Source: the human T2T-CHM13v2.0 reference genome, Homo sapiens. From it: a stretch of 64,000 nucleotides of DNA. A program made the translations under genes and the position numbers. A model generated the notes under the pieces. It worked only from the letters and a program-made list of their open reading frames with translations. It did no database searches and was not told the origin of the DNA. Of this stretch, positions 16,688 through 31,722 are shown in pieces. How positions within the stretch are numbered: position 1 is the stretch's first letter; every line of letters starts with the position of its first letter. The DNA lies in assembly GCF_009914755.1 (NCBI RefSeq), contig NC_060936.1. One strand, given 5' to 3'.

Positions 16688-17040
<353 letters not shown>

Positions 17041-17354
17041 TTATTAAATGTTTGACACATGTGATTAAATGTTTTTCTTAAAAACAGAAAGAGAAAACTA
17101 GCTTTATTTTGTCCTTAATTTATACATTAAGAGATTATAACTTAGTTTAACTATTTTTCCAAGGTCAAAAAGCAAAATCAATTCTGATGTTCAAATCTGT
17201 TGTTTTATGAGCCCCAAATTGTATGAAAGTTTTTAACAGTGATTTTTAAATGACTCTTTTATATATCTGCCATTTCAGTAAAATACTAGAGTAACACTGA
17301 CATGAAGATGTATCATGAGAATCCTAAAATGAGAAAACAAATGACAGGACTTAC

Positions 17355-17463
17355 CTCCCACCTGTGCAGTTTTGGAGTAGGCTCCTGATAGGTGTCCATT
17401 CACACCAATACTATAATCACCTTTAAAGTATCGATTCAGAAGTATCTTTCTTAATGTGTTACC
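17355..17463 (-). CDS. ITPR2: ITPR2 coding exon (probable exon 38), 109 nt, phase 0 to 1
   Basis: ttattag|GGTAAC...GTGGGAG|gtaagt; translates GNTLRKILLNRYFKGDYSIGVNGHLSGAYSKTAQVG; missed by the ORF track; joins the next exon in frame. Confidence 0.95.
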
Positions 17464-18889
17464 CTAATAAGAAGGATAACAAAGAGTTACTGTTCCCTTT
17501 TCTAATAAAAGTGAAAAATGTCAGTATGTTAAATGCTTTAAATGCATTTTGTGAATGATGTTGAGGCATGGAAAAAGTAACTTTCTATCAGATAATATTT
17601 TCTGAGGCAAAAATTTACAAATGCATCCCAATAAAATAATCATTTTGCTTCTCATAATAAATAAAGAGGGTGGGAGAAGCTTTTTGGAGGTGACGAACAG
17701 GTTTATGGCAGATATTGTGGTGGTGGTTTCACAGTGTATACTTATCTCCAAACTCATCAAGTTGAAGACATTAAATATGTACAGCTTTTTGAATGTCAAT
17801 TAATCATAACTCAATAAAGAGTTTTAAATATAACTTTATTCTGTCAAAAATAAAAGAGTGTGTTCAATAGAATGTACTAGAAAAATCACAAATGCTAAAA
17901 ATTTAAGATTGCTTCAAAAGCTGAAGTTTCCAGAGTTGGGGAGTATCAGTTGCCTAAAGAAGACTCAGAATAATAAACACCCTAAGAATTGGAAAGCAAA
18001 GGGCTTAGGTAGAGGAATTTAGTCAAAATAGCCAGAAAAAGAGTGGGGAACAGAGCAGGTACTCAAAAAATTAACCTTGATAAAACAGACTGAATTATAT
18101 TTAAACTCCAAAATGCTTTATTCAGAAGACTGTGGGCAAAAGACAGTGTATTCCTTTACAAATTACATAATCCAAAACTTCCTAAGTCTTCAATTTTGTA
18201 CTGACTACAGGACATTTTTAAAATAATACATTTTGTAATATAATTGCTTGCATGTACATAAGAAACACAGATAACTCCAAATCTTTTATTGGTGATTATT
18301 ATTTTAATAAAAAGAGTGATTTAAAAGCATTATTTAAGGAATACTTGTTTAAACTATTTAAATTAACATAACTACAGAGGTGTTATTTCCATCTTGCAGG
18401 TAAGGAAACTGTGGCCCAAGAGCTTAAGTAATTGGCTGCAGATCATGCAGTTAACAGGTGATTGAGCAACACCTGATTCAACTCTTGGCTACAAAATCCA
18501 GCCATTTCTTCATGTCCCGCTGCACCCAACCTTCATGCTGTGACATGTAGCTCTCATTGCTCATTCACTTTCTCATATTTTGGCTATTCTTTCTCAAGTT
18601 CTTTAGGTATTATCCTCAGTTCTTTTGTTGTGCTCCTCTCCTGGCTGGCAATTTCATCTTCTCCTTAGTTGCACAATCACTTCTGCTGGTCTGCCTGCCA
18701 AATGTGTTTCCTCCAGCCTGAACCTTGCTTTCCTAAGCTTCTTATTCTGTTTCCACTTAGATTTCCTTACCTGTGTCTTGAGGTTCCACTGGCATCTCAA
18801 ACTCAATTTTTCAGAACAGAATATTCCTTCTCTTTCAAATGTTTTCCCCTTAATTTTAATTTCTTTTAAGAAGATCACACCCATTCTCA

Positions 18890-19197
<308 letters not shown>

Positions 19198-19242
19198 TTA
19201 AGGGATCACCTACTACCCGCCCCCACCCCAACTTGATAATGA

Positions 19243-19652
<410 letters not shown>

Positions 19653-19925
19653 ACAAAGCCTTCTATGTCTTACCTTTACTCCTATGATATTCAATGCCTG
19701 AAATGATCTTCCTCCGTCTTACCTATGAACTGGTCCTATCTTCCCTCTTCATTCTACAAATATTCATTAGGTGCCAATTGTTTTAGGCACCATTTTAAGT
19801 CAATAAGATATAACCCTCCCTCAAAGAGTTTACAATGAGATGAATGCAATATTCTGGAAGCATAAGAGGAGCTGTCGACTCTGAGGAGGCTCTACATGGC
19901 ATAGCCTGTCTACTAACTTATGTGA

Positions 19926-20477
<552 letters not shown>

Positions 20478-21095
20478 TAGTAAGTAAAGGTGGTGACTAG
20501 TCTCAAAAGAAACAGTGAAGTATAACAGCTTATTCTACCAAGGAATACAACTCTACTATTTACTATTCCTGATAACACTTAAGTGCAGCACCTAGAAGAA
20601 ACATAAGACATGAAAATCGTCCTTACTGTTTCTTTTTTTAAGAGAAAGTCCTTTGAGTTGAATTAAATTCACCTGGCCAAAGAAAATTTCTTCCAAAAGG
20701 AAAGGAAAAACAAAACAAAGCTTTTCTTTGGAGTCAACGCCTTTGGGTAATTACTGCGACTCTCATTATAGTAGAAGGAGATGCTATGAAAAATCTTTTA
20801 GACCCATAAACTACAGGGTTGAAGTTATAAGTTGGGGAGAAAAATATGAGGTCACATTAACTGAAGCACTCATTTTTTTAAAGAGTAGCTCAGTTTGTTG
20901 TACTATTCATGGATCTCACCTCTACAGACCACTCACTCTAACCCTGTAGAAGACAGTTGGCCCACCTGTAATAACTAAAGCTGACAGTGTGAAAATCCAG
21001 GACTTTTTCTTGAAATTGCACAAGTCAGCATCACTGTCTGAAAGGGAACCTATTGTGAAGAGGACTGAACCCTTGAGAACTAGCTCCCCTTTTAG

Positions 21096-21293
<198 letters not shown>

Positions 21294-21669
21294 TAATCAC
21301 ACCATTTATCACACTGCTACAAGAACCCAACCAACAGATAAACAAATAAATTTTTTTAAAGATGAAATAGAAAACTTTTTTACCATTTACTTTTTAAAAT
21401 GCCGTTTATACTGCTAGAATAATGAAACTATTGAAAACCAACCAAAGAGTAGAATTATGTCACACCAAATAAAAATAAGCATCATATTTGTGATTATTTT
21501 TAAATTCTCTTCGGCAGATATAATCACAGTGCCTATCAGATTCATAGACATCAAAATCAAACGAGTAACACTCTTCTTATTCAATTATAGCCCCATTAGA
21601 AGCATCTATTTCCTCACCATGTAATATTCAGACTGCCATAGAAAAGGCAGGGGCTTCCTATTTTTCTGT

Positions 21670-21890
21670 TGTCGACTCTGAAGCCACTCTGCCTGGGTTT
21701 AAATCCCCTCTATGCCATATACTAACTGGGGATCTTAAACAAGTTACTTCATCACTCTGGGCCTCAGTCCCTCAATTGTCAAATGAAATTGTTAATATCT
21801 ACTCTCAGAGGATTTCTGTGATAATTAAATAGTTAAAATTTACTGAAAGTACTTGGAACAGTTCCAAACACATAGTAAGTGCTATAAAAG
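21670..21890 (+). mobile_element. MIR
   Basis: ctgcctgggtttaaatccc...ctctgggcctcagt...tgtcaaatg. Confidence 0.7.
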
Positions 21891-22329
21891 TTGTACATTG
21901 TTGATGTTATCCCTGCTAGTATTAATATTATCCAGATCATGGGAACAGTCTACAACTTGCAAAGTGCTTTTGCAGACACTTTCTTATGTTATACCAAACC
22001 TTCCCACAAAAGTGAAATAAATTTCCAGTATATTAAGAAAATGTGAAAAATAATAAATGATAAACTGCCCCTAAATCCTAGCTTTTTAACTATTAATCAG
22101 TCCTTAAAATTATATACTTATTAGCTAACATGGCAAAGTCACCCTAAAGCATGAATATACTTCACTATATAAAATGTACCCTTACAACTTCAACTAAAGT
22201 TGGAACAAATTCTGTCTTGGTTCAAACTTCAGAGTTTTGTGCTAAGACAAACTCTGGTGCTAAAAATGATTAATGAATAGGTATAAACAGAACAAGATTC
22301 TGTTATGTCTTAGTAATCTTCATTTAAGA

Positions 22330-23010
22330 ATAAAAAAATTCAGATATTGCTACATCACAAGTTCAGCAGAAACTGACTTCTCTTGTCAACTATCCAGTTC
22401 TGACTTAAGCGGTGAGAGACATGTACTGTGTCCCAATTTGCTTTTGGGGCATTCTTGATAGTTCGCACTATCTGTGCAGTGGTGGTAGCTTAAATGTGAG
22501 TCATTTCCCCAAATTACTTTAATTCAAAAGTAACTGTAGAATCATTGTCAGAAATTCTGGTGCCAGGGTTGCAAATAATTGTCTCAGAGCTATAATTGCC
22601 ATGGCAGAAATGAGGGAAGAACTAAAAGCACATTAGGCCATTATGAAAAGAATTTCACCACAGTTGAAGAAGTTTGACTTCTGTGCTGGTTCTCCAAATC
22701 CAAAATGCATTCCTGATGCACCTCCCATGGAAGGTCTCTTTGCTGAGTGAGGACAAGCAAGGAATGTCCTTTACAGCCTTTTCAATATCAGAGTCAATTC
22801 CAGGCCACAAGACACTACTTTTAGCCAATGTCTTCATGTGAACACATCCCAGATGTGCTAAATGTAATGTAGCCAAGAAAACTAACAACCACCTTCTGAA
22901 ATTACAACAAAATATCTCCATAAAAAGACATCTTTTGTGGCCAGAGAAGTCCTGCTGATGGTTTGTGAATATCTGGGAGGATTGGGTTTTTCCCACCCAC
23001 TCCCTGTTAC
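22330..23010 (-). mobile_element. Fossil Ty3/Gypsy-type pol fragment (integrase zinc finger plus catalytic core)
   Basis: Collinear motifs across frames: CLLWRYFVVI, LHLAHLGCVHMKTLAKSSVLWPGIDSDIEKAVK, PWE, MHFGFGEP, VVKFFS*WPNV, IIALRQLFAT, ISDND, IVRTIKNA, SAELVM. Confidence 0.82.
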
Positions 23011-25476
23011 ACCGAGTCCAATGCATCAAAAATTAAAAAGTTCAGAAATCATTGCCTTTCATGGATAGAAAGGATAATCAAATTTATGCATCCTAGAAAG
23101 GACTAAAATTTTGTTTCATTTTTGAGAAAGCACAACTCTGTTTGCCTTAATGGGGAGTTAATAGCCTTAGGAATGAAGAGTTCAAGGATGTGTGATATTT
23201 GAGGTATAGCTACCCACATTCATTCCCATCCCCTTAGAAAAACAATTTACTAAAGTAATATTTTTTCATTATGTAAAATATAATCAAGATATCATGAAAA
23301 AACACAACCAGCATCCTAGAAAACTAAGTCCTCAACTAGAAATTCAAAATGTAATAAAAACTGCAAACTAAGGATGCCCAATTTAAGACTTATCCTCAAA
23401 GATTCATGATAAGCTGCCAATCAGCTGAGACAAGATCTACAAGGAGGTGATGATAGGTACCTGTTAGTCTCCCCATAGTCCCATTTTAACATTAAACTTG
23501 GTATTAGCATAATTTGTGTTTCTGTAACCTTTTGGCTTAGTAACAATACGTCTGATTAGGTATTTTTCCTCATTTGAATTGCCAGGGGTAAAAAGGTACA
23601 TTTCTCATTTCAATACATTAATGTAACAACTGTATCTTTGTGGAGTGATATTCTGTCCATCGTTATAATCAACTATATTTTCAGATAACTCCTTCGGGAG
23701 AATATGGTCAATCTCCTATAATCTAGCTGTTTAATCATTTGAACATCTTAGTCTCCCTGTCCAAGAAGTTGTAAGTCAATTTCTCTCCCTGTTGCCTTTG
23801 CCTAGCTTTCTTAAGACAGGAAACACAAATTTCAACAGGACTAGTTATGTGCACTCAGAAGATGCTCTTCTCATCAACACAATGACATACTCATTACAAT
23901 CTTGAAAAATATATGATGTCTCAATGATTCTAGTAAAGAGCCTTGTGAAAAAACAAGACTGTGGAAAATGTTAGATCCAAATATTCATTCACCATAATGG
24001 CAACCTACTTCCAAATTTCTTCTTTCCTTGTTTTTATTGATTGTAAAGACATTTATTACATTTCTACCATGTGTCAGGAAGTAGAAAAGTGGATGCAAAA
24101 AGCAATTCTGCAGCATATGCTGAAAGAATTTTCAGATATGTGGAGTTGAAACATATGGCACTGTTTTCCAATATAAATAATCCTCACCAGACCATTTGAT
24201 TCCATTGGTGAAAATTAAACGTTTAAACAGTAAATGATGAGGTTTAAATATTTGATGCTGCTGCTGAATGAAAGAGTGACTTCAATAACCACTCTGAGTT
24301 TATCAAATATCCTAGCCTCAAGACAAACAGGGTTGCTGAGAAGGTTTTGTTAGGAGATGATTCTATACTCCATAGATAGCAAGGAATAAAGCAAACTGTA
24401 TTTGTTTTCCTTGGGGCATTAATTAAAACCTCCCAGTATTTGAATTCCAGGAAGCATACTAACTAACATGAAACCCAACAGACCCTTCTACCTCAACCAT
24501 TTTAAATACAGGGTTTGCTGAAATTCAGAGTTTGAGAACTTATGCAATCCCTCACCAATAGGACTTAAGAATGGATTTTACTGCTTGTAATTGTTTAGTT
24601 TTCAGAATAAGCAGTCTTCTGACTTTAAGCTGAGAGGAGGGTAAGTAAGCAAGAAGTGAGCAGACAAGCTTTAGATACCATCTCCTTAATGAAGGAAAAT
24701 GACTGTATTCACATAACATAAATCAGTGCCTCATAAAATCACACTCAAAGACAGTGGCACACAATCATTAAAGTGAAGCCCATAGTCCCTGGTACACAGT
24801 ATAAAAACCTACTAGAGTACTGTTTGTTACTGAAAAGAATGAAATCAGTGCTGTCAGTGCAGGCGTGTGCATGCTCACCAAAGACTGGGGAAAATGGAAC
24901 TTCAAGAGGTAATTTCAAAGCTTCTGCAAAGACTATGTTGCTGAGTGGGGGGTAAGGCAAAGTATGTAACTCAGTAATGGACTCAGCTTACAGTGCATCC
25001 CAGAGAGTACAAGAGGAAAGAGCAGGAGATGGAATGAGATTTAAATAAATGAGAAGACTGACACTGATCTGAATAGCAATATGAACTTCAGTGGGAGAAA
25101 GGTCTTCCTCCTAGACAATGGGGAAAGTTGTAACTAGTTTGCTGTTTTAAAGTTCTATCCCCAGATTCTGTGATGTCTGTTATATTTCCATAATCATTTA
25201 GTGAAGACAGGCACAACTTTGGAAGGTGGTGTCACAGGAGATGAGGAACAATACATACGGGGACATATCACCAGCACTATCCTGCTCTATATTGGCCTTC
25301 CTGTTTCTATGGAGTTTCTTGCATTCTCAACAGTAGTGCAGTCCTTGATCTTCAAGCTGTGACCTCCTGACCCACAAACAAGAGAGTGTGGCTGGTTCAC
25401 AGGGCAGTGAGACGAGTGCATGGCTCCGAAGAGCTGGCAAGGAAACAATGGGGTAGAAGACCCACTGCCCCCCACC

Positions 25477-25477
<1 letters not shown>

Positions 25478-25519
<42 letters not shown>
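25478..25519 (+). repeat. (AC)21 microsatellite
   Basis: Perfect dinucleotide run. Confidence 0.97.
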
Positions 25520-25522
<3 letters not shown>

Positions 25523-26679
25523 TTAAGTGAGAGACAAAGACCTCATTATTTTTCCCCAAAATACTAGAAATAGATTATTCTTAAAAGAGAGGAAGAAAAC
25601 TGGCACTAGTATTACTTATCAATCAATGCAATATTTGACAAAATATGTATGAAGCTAAATTTTAATAAATTCAGAATACATTTAGAAGTTCCTCAGATAG
25701 GACAGTCTATGGAATCCATGGAATAGAGGAGTTCTACATGGCACAACTCCAAAGGGAAACCTTGAGAATTAAATGAGATAATATCTATACACACTTTAAT
25801 ACATAAGAAGTTCAGTTTATGAATGCTCCCGGCATTGGCAATGACAATGCACGTTAGTGGACCTTAGTGGAAATGATGTCTCAGAGAGTAATGTGATTGG
25901 TTTGAGTCTGGGTTCTTCCACTTATTGGCTTTGTGATCTAAAGAATTTTAATTAACTGCCCCAAGGCTCAGTTTCCCCATCTGTGGATAATAATATTTAC
26001 ACTGCAAGGCTATTTAAGGATTAGGAAATTAAATAGGAGAAGCTTTATGTTCTTGGCCCATAGCAAGTACTGAATAAACAGCTACTGTAATATTTTATTT
26101 TATGTTTAAAGGAAAGCATTAATAAGTTTCAATCTGGGGAAGACTTGTACAATTGATGACATAAAGAGGACATTACAATGCCCAGTGCCACAAGACAGCC
26201 ATGGTTTTCACAGCTGACATCAATATCCAGCTCCAACCTTCTATAATTTTTCAAGAGAAGGCAAATGAAAAACAGCATTCATTTTGTGAAAGACTACTTT
26301 GAAGCCAATTTGATCAGTATGCTACAATTTCTTAAAAATAACACTTACTTGTGGATAGGTTTCAATCACCCCTATTACATGTACAAAGCAGAATTCTTCA
26401 GAAGATAATTTAGACAGCCTTTCCTTGAAGTAGTGTTAAATGGAAAACCAATATTCCATGTTCTGTGGGAAAAGAGCTATTTTCCCTCCTATTTAGTTTT
26501 AACACAAGAAATGTATTAAGTATATTTATAAAGTTATTATCAGCAACAATTGTTCATTAGTGGAAAGGCTGTGCTTCCTAACACATATCCATATGTCTCT
26601 CCATATCCACAGGATGCCCCTCTAAGTCATTGCTCACTTAACATTCAGAGGCTTGCAAAACAACAGATGACTGGTATTC

Positions 26680-27470
26680 AGAATACATGACTATACAAAG
26701 AGTGTTTATAAATCATTAAGAATCTTGTAGAAAAGCTGACAGAAGAACTGAACTGGCATTTCATATAAGAAACACATACAGCCAATAAACATGAAAAAAA
26801 ATGCTCACCTTCATTGGTAATCAAAGAAATGCTAATAAAATGGTGGAGACACCATTTTATACCCAATAAATTGACAAAAATTAAGAAGTCTTACAAAATC
26901 AAGTGTTGAAGAGGACATGGATCAAGAGAATGTGGGATGCAAATTGGTACAACTACTTTGGAAATCACATCAATGTATGCTCTCAGCCACCAATTTCACT
27001 CCCAGGGGAAACATGCTCAAGGAAACAAATAGTATCCCATCCTAGACATTTATATCTGCATGATAGCAATAGCAAAACAAACAACAAGCAAAACATCACC
27101 TGGAATCAACCCAAATAACAAGTGACAGGAAAATTGACAAATAAATTATAGAATATTCCCAAACTGGAATATTATAGAGTAGTAAACATGGATTAAACAG
27201 AGCCTCACCGTAACACACAACTACTTTCATGAATGTTAGAAATAGAATGATGACAGGGAAAAAAAGGGAAGTCCTAGAAGATATGCAGTATGGTATTCAA
27301 AACGTGAGCTACCTCTGGAAGGGGAGGCCAGAACACATATGTAGACACAAGTTACAGGTAATGTTCTCATTCTTCATTTGGCTGAGGTCATGAGTCTTTA
27401 TTATATTTAATGCTTTATAGCTAAAATTTATGTTGTATATATTTCTTCATAAAAATTCAATATTATAGGA
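26680..27470 (+). mobile_element. Old L1M (L1ME-like) ORF2 end and 3' UTR
   Basis: catgaaaaaaaatgctcaccttcattggtaatcaaagaaatgc; aagtgttgaagaggacatgga. Confidence 0.75.
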
Positions 27471-27629
27471 AAAGAAAATGCTCAAGAACTATTAGACATC
27501 ATGATGACAGCTTCCTACATAGGATGTTCTGTTGCTTTCCAGCTCTCTTTGAATCCTGGCTAAAATCCATAGCATTACTTTAGGGGATGATACACAATGC
27601 AACACCTACAGATTTGAGCCACTGTCTCA

Positions 27630-28090
27630 TTGTCTTCTGAACAATCCACATCTTCCTTCTGCCACACAGCTTCTTAGTGTCTTATCATGCTCCCTTCTGC
27701 TTCAAGACATTAACAGATGATGTTCTCTTTCACCAGCCATGCTTTCTGTCCCCCGACCCTGAGTCCTCCTGGCTTTACTTAATTCCTACTTAACCTTTAG
27801 ATCTCAGCTCAACCATATCTTCCTCAGAGTCATCCTCTCTAACCTCACCAAGTCAATTCTCATTAAGTCCTCTTATAATAGCATGTATATCACCATGTGC
27901 TTTAGCTGTATATTTATTTATACCAATCTTTCAATGATTTCTATCACCCTCTATTAGATTATAAGTACCATGAGGACAGGAACTATACCTTTCTTTTTTT
28001 CCTTTTTGGCTGACCATTGATTCCAACACCTAGCCCCAAAGCTAGCAAACTAAGTACTCAATAAATATTTTTGACTGAATGTATGAATCA
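27630..28090 (+). mobile_element. L2 3' end
   Basis: agattataagtaccatgaggacagg...actcaataaatatttttgactgaatgtatgaat. Confidence 0.7.
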
Positions 28091-28252
28091 ATGATTTTGA
28101 ATGAGAGATCACTCAATTTATCAACAAAATTTGATGCTGAGTGCCAACCTATTCAAGGATGGCTGATATTTGTTGTATATCATGTCTGATAACTTTGGAA
28201 AACATTTGAGATTTATTCAATGTTACTTGCATATTACATATTTTTAGTACAA

Positions 28253-28841
28253 GGCTGGGTGCCTTGTATTAATACTAAAACTACAAGGCACTCAGCCTTG
28301 TACTAAAAATATTCAAATATTTAGCATAGTACTAAAAATACAAGATGCCCAGCCTTGTACTAAAAATACTTAATATGTAAATATTACATTGTATTACTGG
28401 CTCATGCCTGTAATCCCAGCACTTTAGGAGGCCAAGGCAGAAGGATTTCTTGAGCCCAGGAGTTCAAGACCAGCCTAGGCAATATAGGGAGACCTCTTCT
28501 CTACAAAATTAAAAAAAAAAAATTAGCCTGGTGTGATAACATACACCTATGGTCCCAGTTACTCAGGAGGCCCAGGCAGGAGGATCACTTGAGCTCAGGA
28601 GTTTATGAATGGCCTGGGAAACTTAGCAAGACTTCATCTCTAATAAAAATAGGAAAATAATCTGGGTGTGGTGACATACGCCTGTGGTCCCAACTACTAG
28701 GAGGCTGAGGTGGGAGGATCGCTTGAGCCTGGGAAATCAAGGCTGCAGTGAGGCATGATTGCACACTGCACTCCAGCCTGGGAGACCCTGTCCAGCCTGG
28801 GAGTAGGAATCCTGTCTCAAAAAAAAAAAAAAAAAAAAAAA
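28253..28841 (+). mobile_element. AluJ-like trimer with a disrupted 5' end
   Basis: Three arms (28398-28522, 28523-28660, 28661-28818) plus poly-A; 5' ggctgggtgc displaced to 28253. Confidence 0.8.
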
Positions 28842-30146
28842 TTAGCACACAAAACTCATTACCTATGGTCGGCTGAAAGAAGGAAATTGTGTTGAAATCC
28901 AGCAAGCAAAATGTTATAAAACTTAAAAGACAGACAATTTCAATATTTAGCCTGAAAGATTAGAAGGTAAAATACTAATTAATGATCACAAATGTAGCCT
29001 AATGCAAGAGAACACACTAATATCCCAAAAGTCCAGTCCAGGTTATCCCCCTGCTACAATATGTCTACTGCAATAGGATTTTCGTATTTTACTAAAAAAC
29101 AAAGAAACCACCTTAAGGCTGCACGTCATACAAGGATCTGACTCAGCAACATAATTCCTAATATTATGTGAATATGTCAATTTGAAGAGATACAAATTCA
29201 CTATTCTCTTTTAAAATATGTTTGAATGTGTCATAATTTATAATAGAAGATAAAGATAATTCTTTTACCTCATTTTTCCTCATGAAATAAATCATTTCAT
29301 TTCTTTAGTGTTCATTGCTACATTAAAAATTATATAAATCTAATCTTAATCATTTCTTGCATCTATTTGTCCAGGAGGCCACATATTTGGCCTACTTTAA
29401 TATGAGCAATTATCTGCTCCCATGAGCTCCTAATTGTGTTCTACATGTAAACCACAATTTTCAAAGAATTTTGCAGAGAGAAAACTATGAGACAATGATT
29501 TAGAACTAATGAAAAATAGAAATCCTTTAAATTTTCATCAACATTTCAAAGCAGTAACACAATTATTACTAAAAGAAAATGAGGTCTCAGTTCAAACAAA
29601 CCTAGAGATGCCTGAGCTAATTAAAGGGGCCAAGTACCAAATGCTTACCTTAGAAAGGGTCTTTTTAAGAAAGGCTTTATTAGACTTATTATGGTCTTAT
29701 GAATGTTATTTTGGAAATCAGTTTGATTCCCTGTGGCATACACCGTGATAGATATTTCACTACTTTAATGCATTTAGAACTGTAACTATAATCCGGGGCA
29801 CTAAGAAAGTAAACGTTTATTTTTAATAACATGCAAAGCACATTTGCTGGTAAGGAAGCATAGCCGCTTGGTAGTACTGTGGTGCTAGCCTCTGAATTAT
29901 AAATGTGGATTTTCACAGGTTTGTGATTCACCTATTGAAATTAGCTTCTGGAAAAAACAAGATGAAACATTCTCAGGCTGAAAAGAAAGCTTAAAGTATT
30001 TAATAAACATTATTTGAGGTAAACCAGCTTTTCTGAATCAGTGAATTGAAGAGAGGAAGAATCATTTCAGTGAACTACAGGTTGCTGATGCTGATCTAAT
30101 ACTCCTAAGGTGTGGAAGAATGAGTCAATGAATATCTCTCTACTCT

Positions 30147-30153
30147 TCTCTCT

Positions 30154-30187
<34 letters not shown>
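30147..30187 (+). repeat. (TC)n(TG)n microsatellite
   Basis: Direct observation. Confidence 0.9.
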
Positions 30188-30191
<4 letters not shown>

Positions 30192-30967
30192 CAGTGTGTA
30201 TGTGTGTAATATATACGTATATCTATTTTTGTACTCATGGATATTGATGCATATTTGTAAAATGAATTAGGTCTTTGAAGTATGAAGATTCTTGCTATCT
30301 CCCCTGGGTGTTGGTAAGCATAAATGACTGGGTTGCCTTCAAAAAACACTGAGCAAGCACATCTCTTTTCTGCTTTATTTCATTGATTCTAACACACCCA
30401 TTTCTCTCCTGCATGTTTTAACATTTCTAAATTACAGGTCACTTTAAAATCCATGGTGTGCTTTAGTTTAATTGGCAGCATTTATTTATTTTTAGGGATA
30501 CATAAAATTATGGTATGCCTTATTTATGATTGATGGTATTTTATGATTGATGAACTATATTGAACGAAAAAATAAGTACACCTTTTAATCTGGCATTGTA
30601 TCAAATACTCATTGCTTCCCAGTATGTGGCATCACTATTATACCTGTTTTCTAGTTAAAGTCAAGTAAGATGAAAACATACAGAAATTTAGAGATTTAAC
30701 CTTTGCAATCGAACAGTTATTTCAGTGTTTTCCCTTTTTCATGATACATTTTCTATATGTAGCCCAATTCACTACTGTAAATTTTGATATCATAGGCCCC
30801 TACATTAAAATTAGTAAGGAAAGTGACAATATTGATAGAGATGAGAGGTATATTTATCTTACAAATCAAGAGTAATGGAAAAGCAAACAAGTAAGAGACA
30901 CACATTGAACTAATTTATGAACCATGGACAATATTAAATTTCTCTCCTTTTAAAAAAAGTTGCCCCT

Positions 30968-31722
30968 TGATACCATCTCACACCCACTAGAATGGCTAAA
31001 ATAAGTGATCTGGGGACACGGAAAAAGCTGACATTGTGATCTGAACAATAACACATGTTGGTGAGGATGTGGAGAAATTGGGACCCTCATACACTGCTAA
31101 TGGGAATAGAAAATGGTGCAGCCACTTGGCAGTTCCAAAAAATTAAACGTAGAGTTACCATACATTCCGGCAATTCCACTCCTAAGTATTTACCCTAAAG
31201 AAATTAAAACAGAGGTCCACACAAGAACTTGTACAGAATGTTCATTGTGGCATGATCCATAATAGTAGAGACAATCCAAATGTCCACCAAATGATGACTG
31301 GATAAACACAATGTGGTATATGCACATAATAGAATATTATTTGGCAATAAAATGGGACTGAAGTGCTGACACCTGCTAGAACATGTATGAGCCTTGAAAA
31401 CATTATGCCAAGTGAAGGGAGGCAGTCACAAAAGACCACATATTGTATGATTCCATTTATATGAAATGTCCAAAAGAGGCAAATTCATAGAGACAAAAAG
31501 AGACAGAAAATAGATAGCCAAGGGCTGGGGCTGGGAAGAATGAAGAGTGACTGCTAAGAGGCATGGGGTTTCTTTTAGGGGTGATGAAAATGTTCTAAAA
31601 TTAAACAGCAGTATTGGTTGTAAATCTGTAAATAAACCAAAAAACACTAAATTGTACACTTTTGTAGGGTGAATTTTATAGTATGTGAATATCTCAATAA
31701 AGCTGTTACCAAAATATAAAAT
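30968..31722 (+). mobile_element. L1MB-like 3' fragment
   Basis: gataccatctcacacccactagaatggct...aatgttcattg...tatctcaataaagctgtt. Confidence 0.85.

Noticed and set aside
23575-23615. NEKCTF on the - strand, like the RT motif KCxF
   Set aside because: A single short motif; no neighbouring YLDD, YLG or RNase H motifs seen
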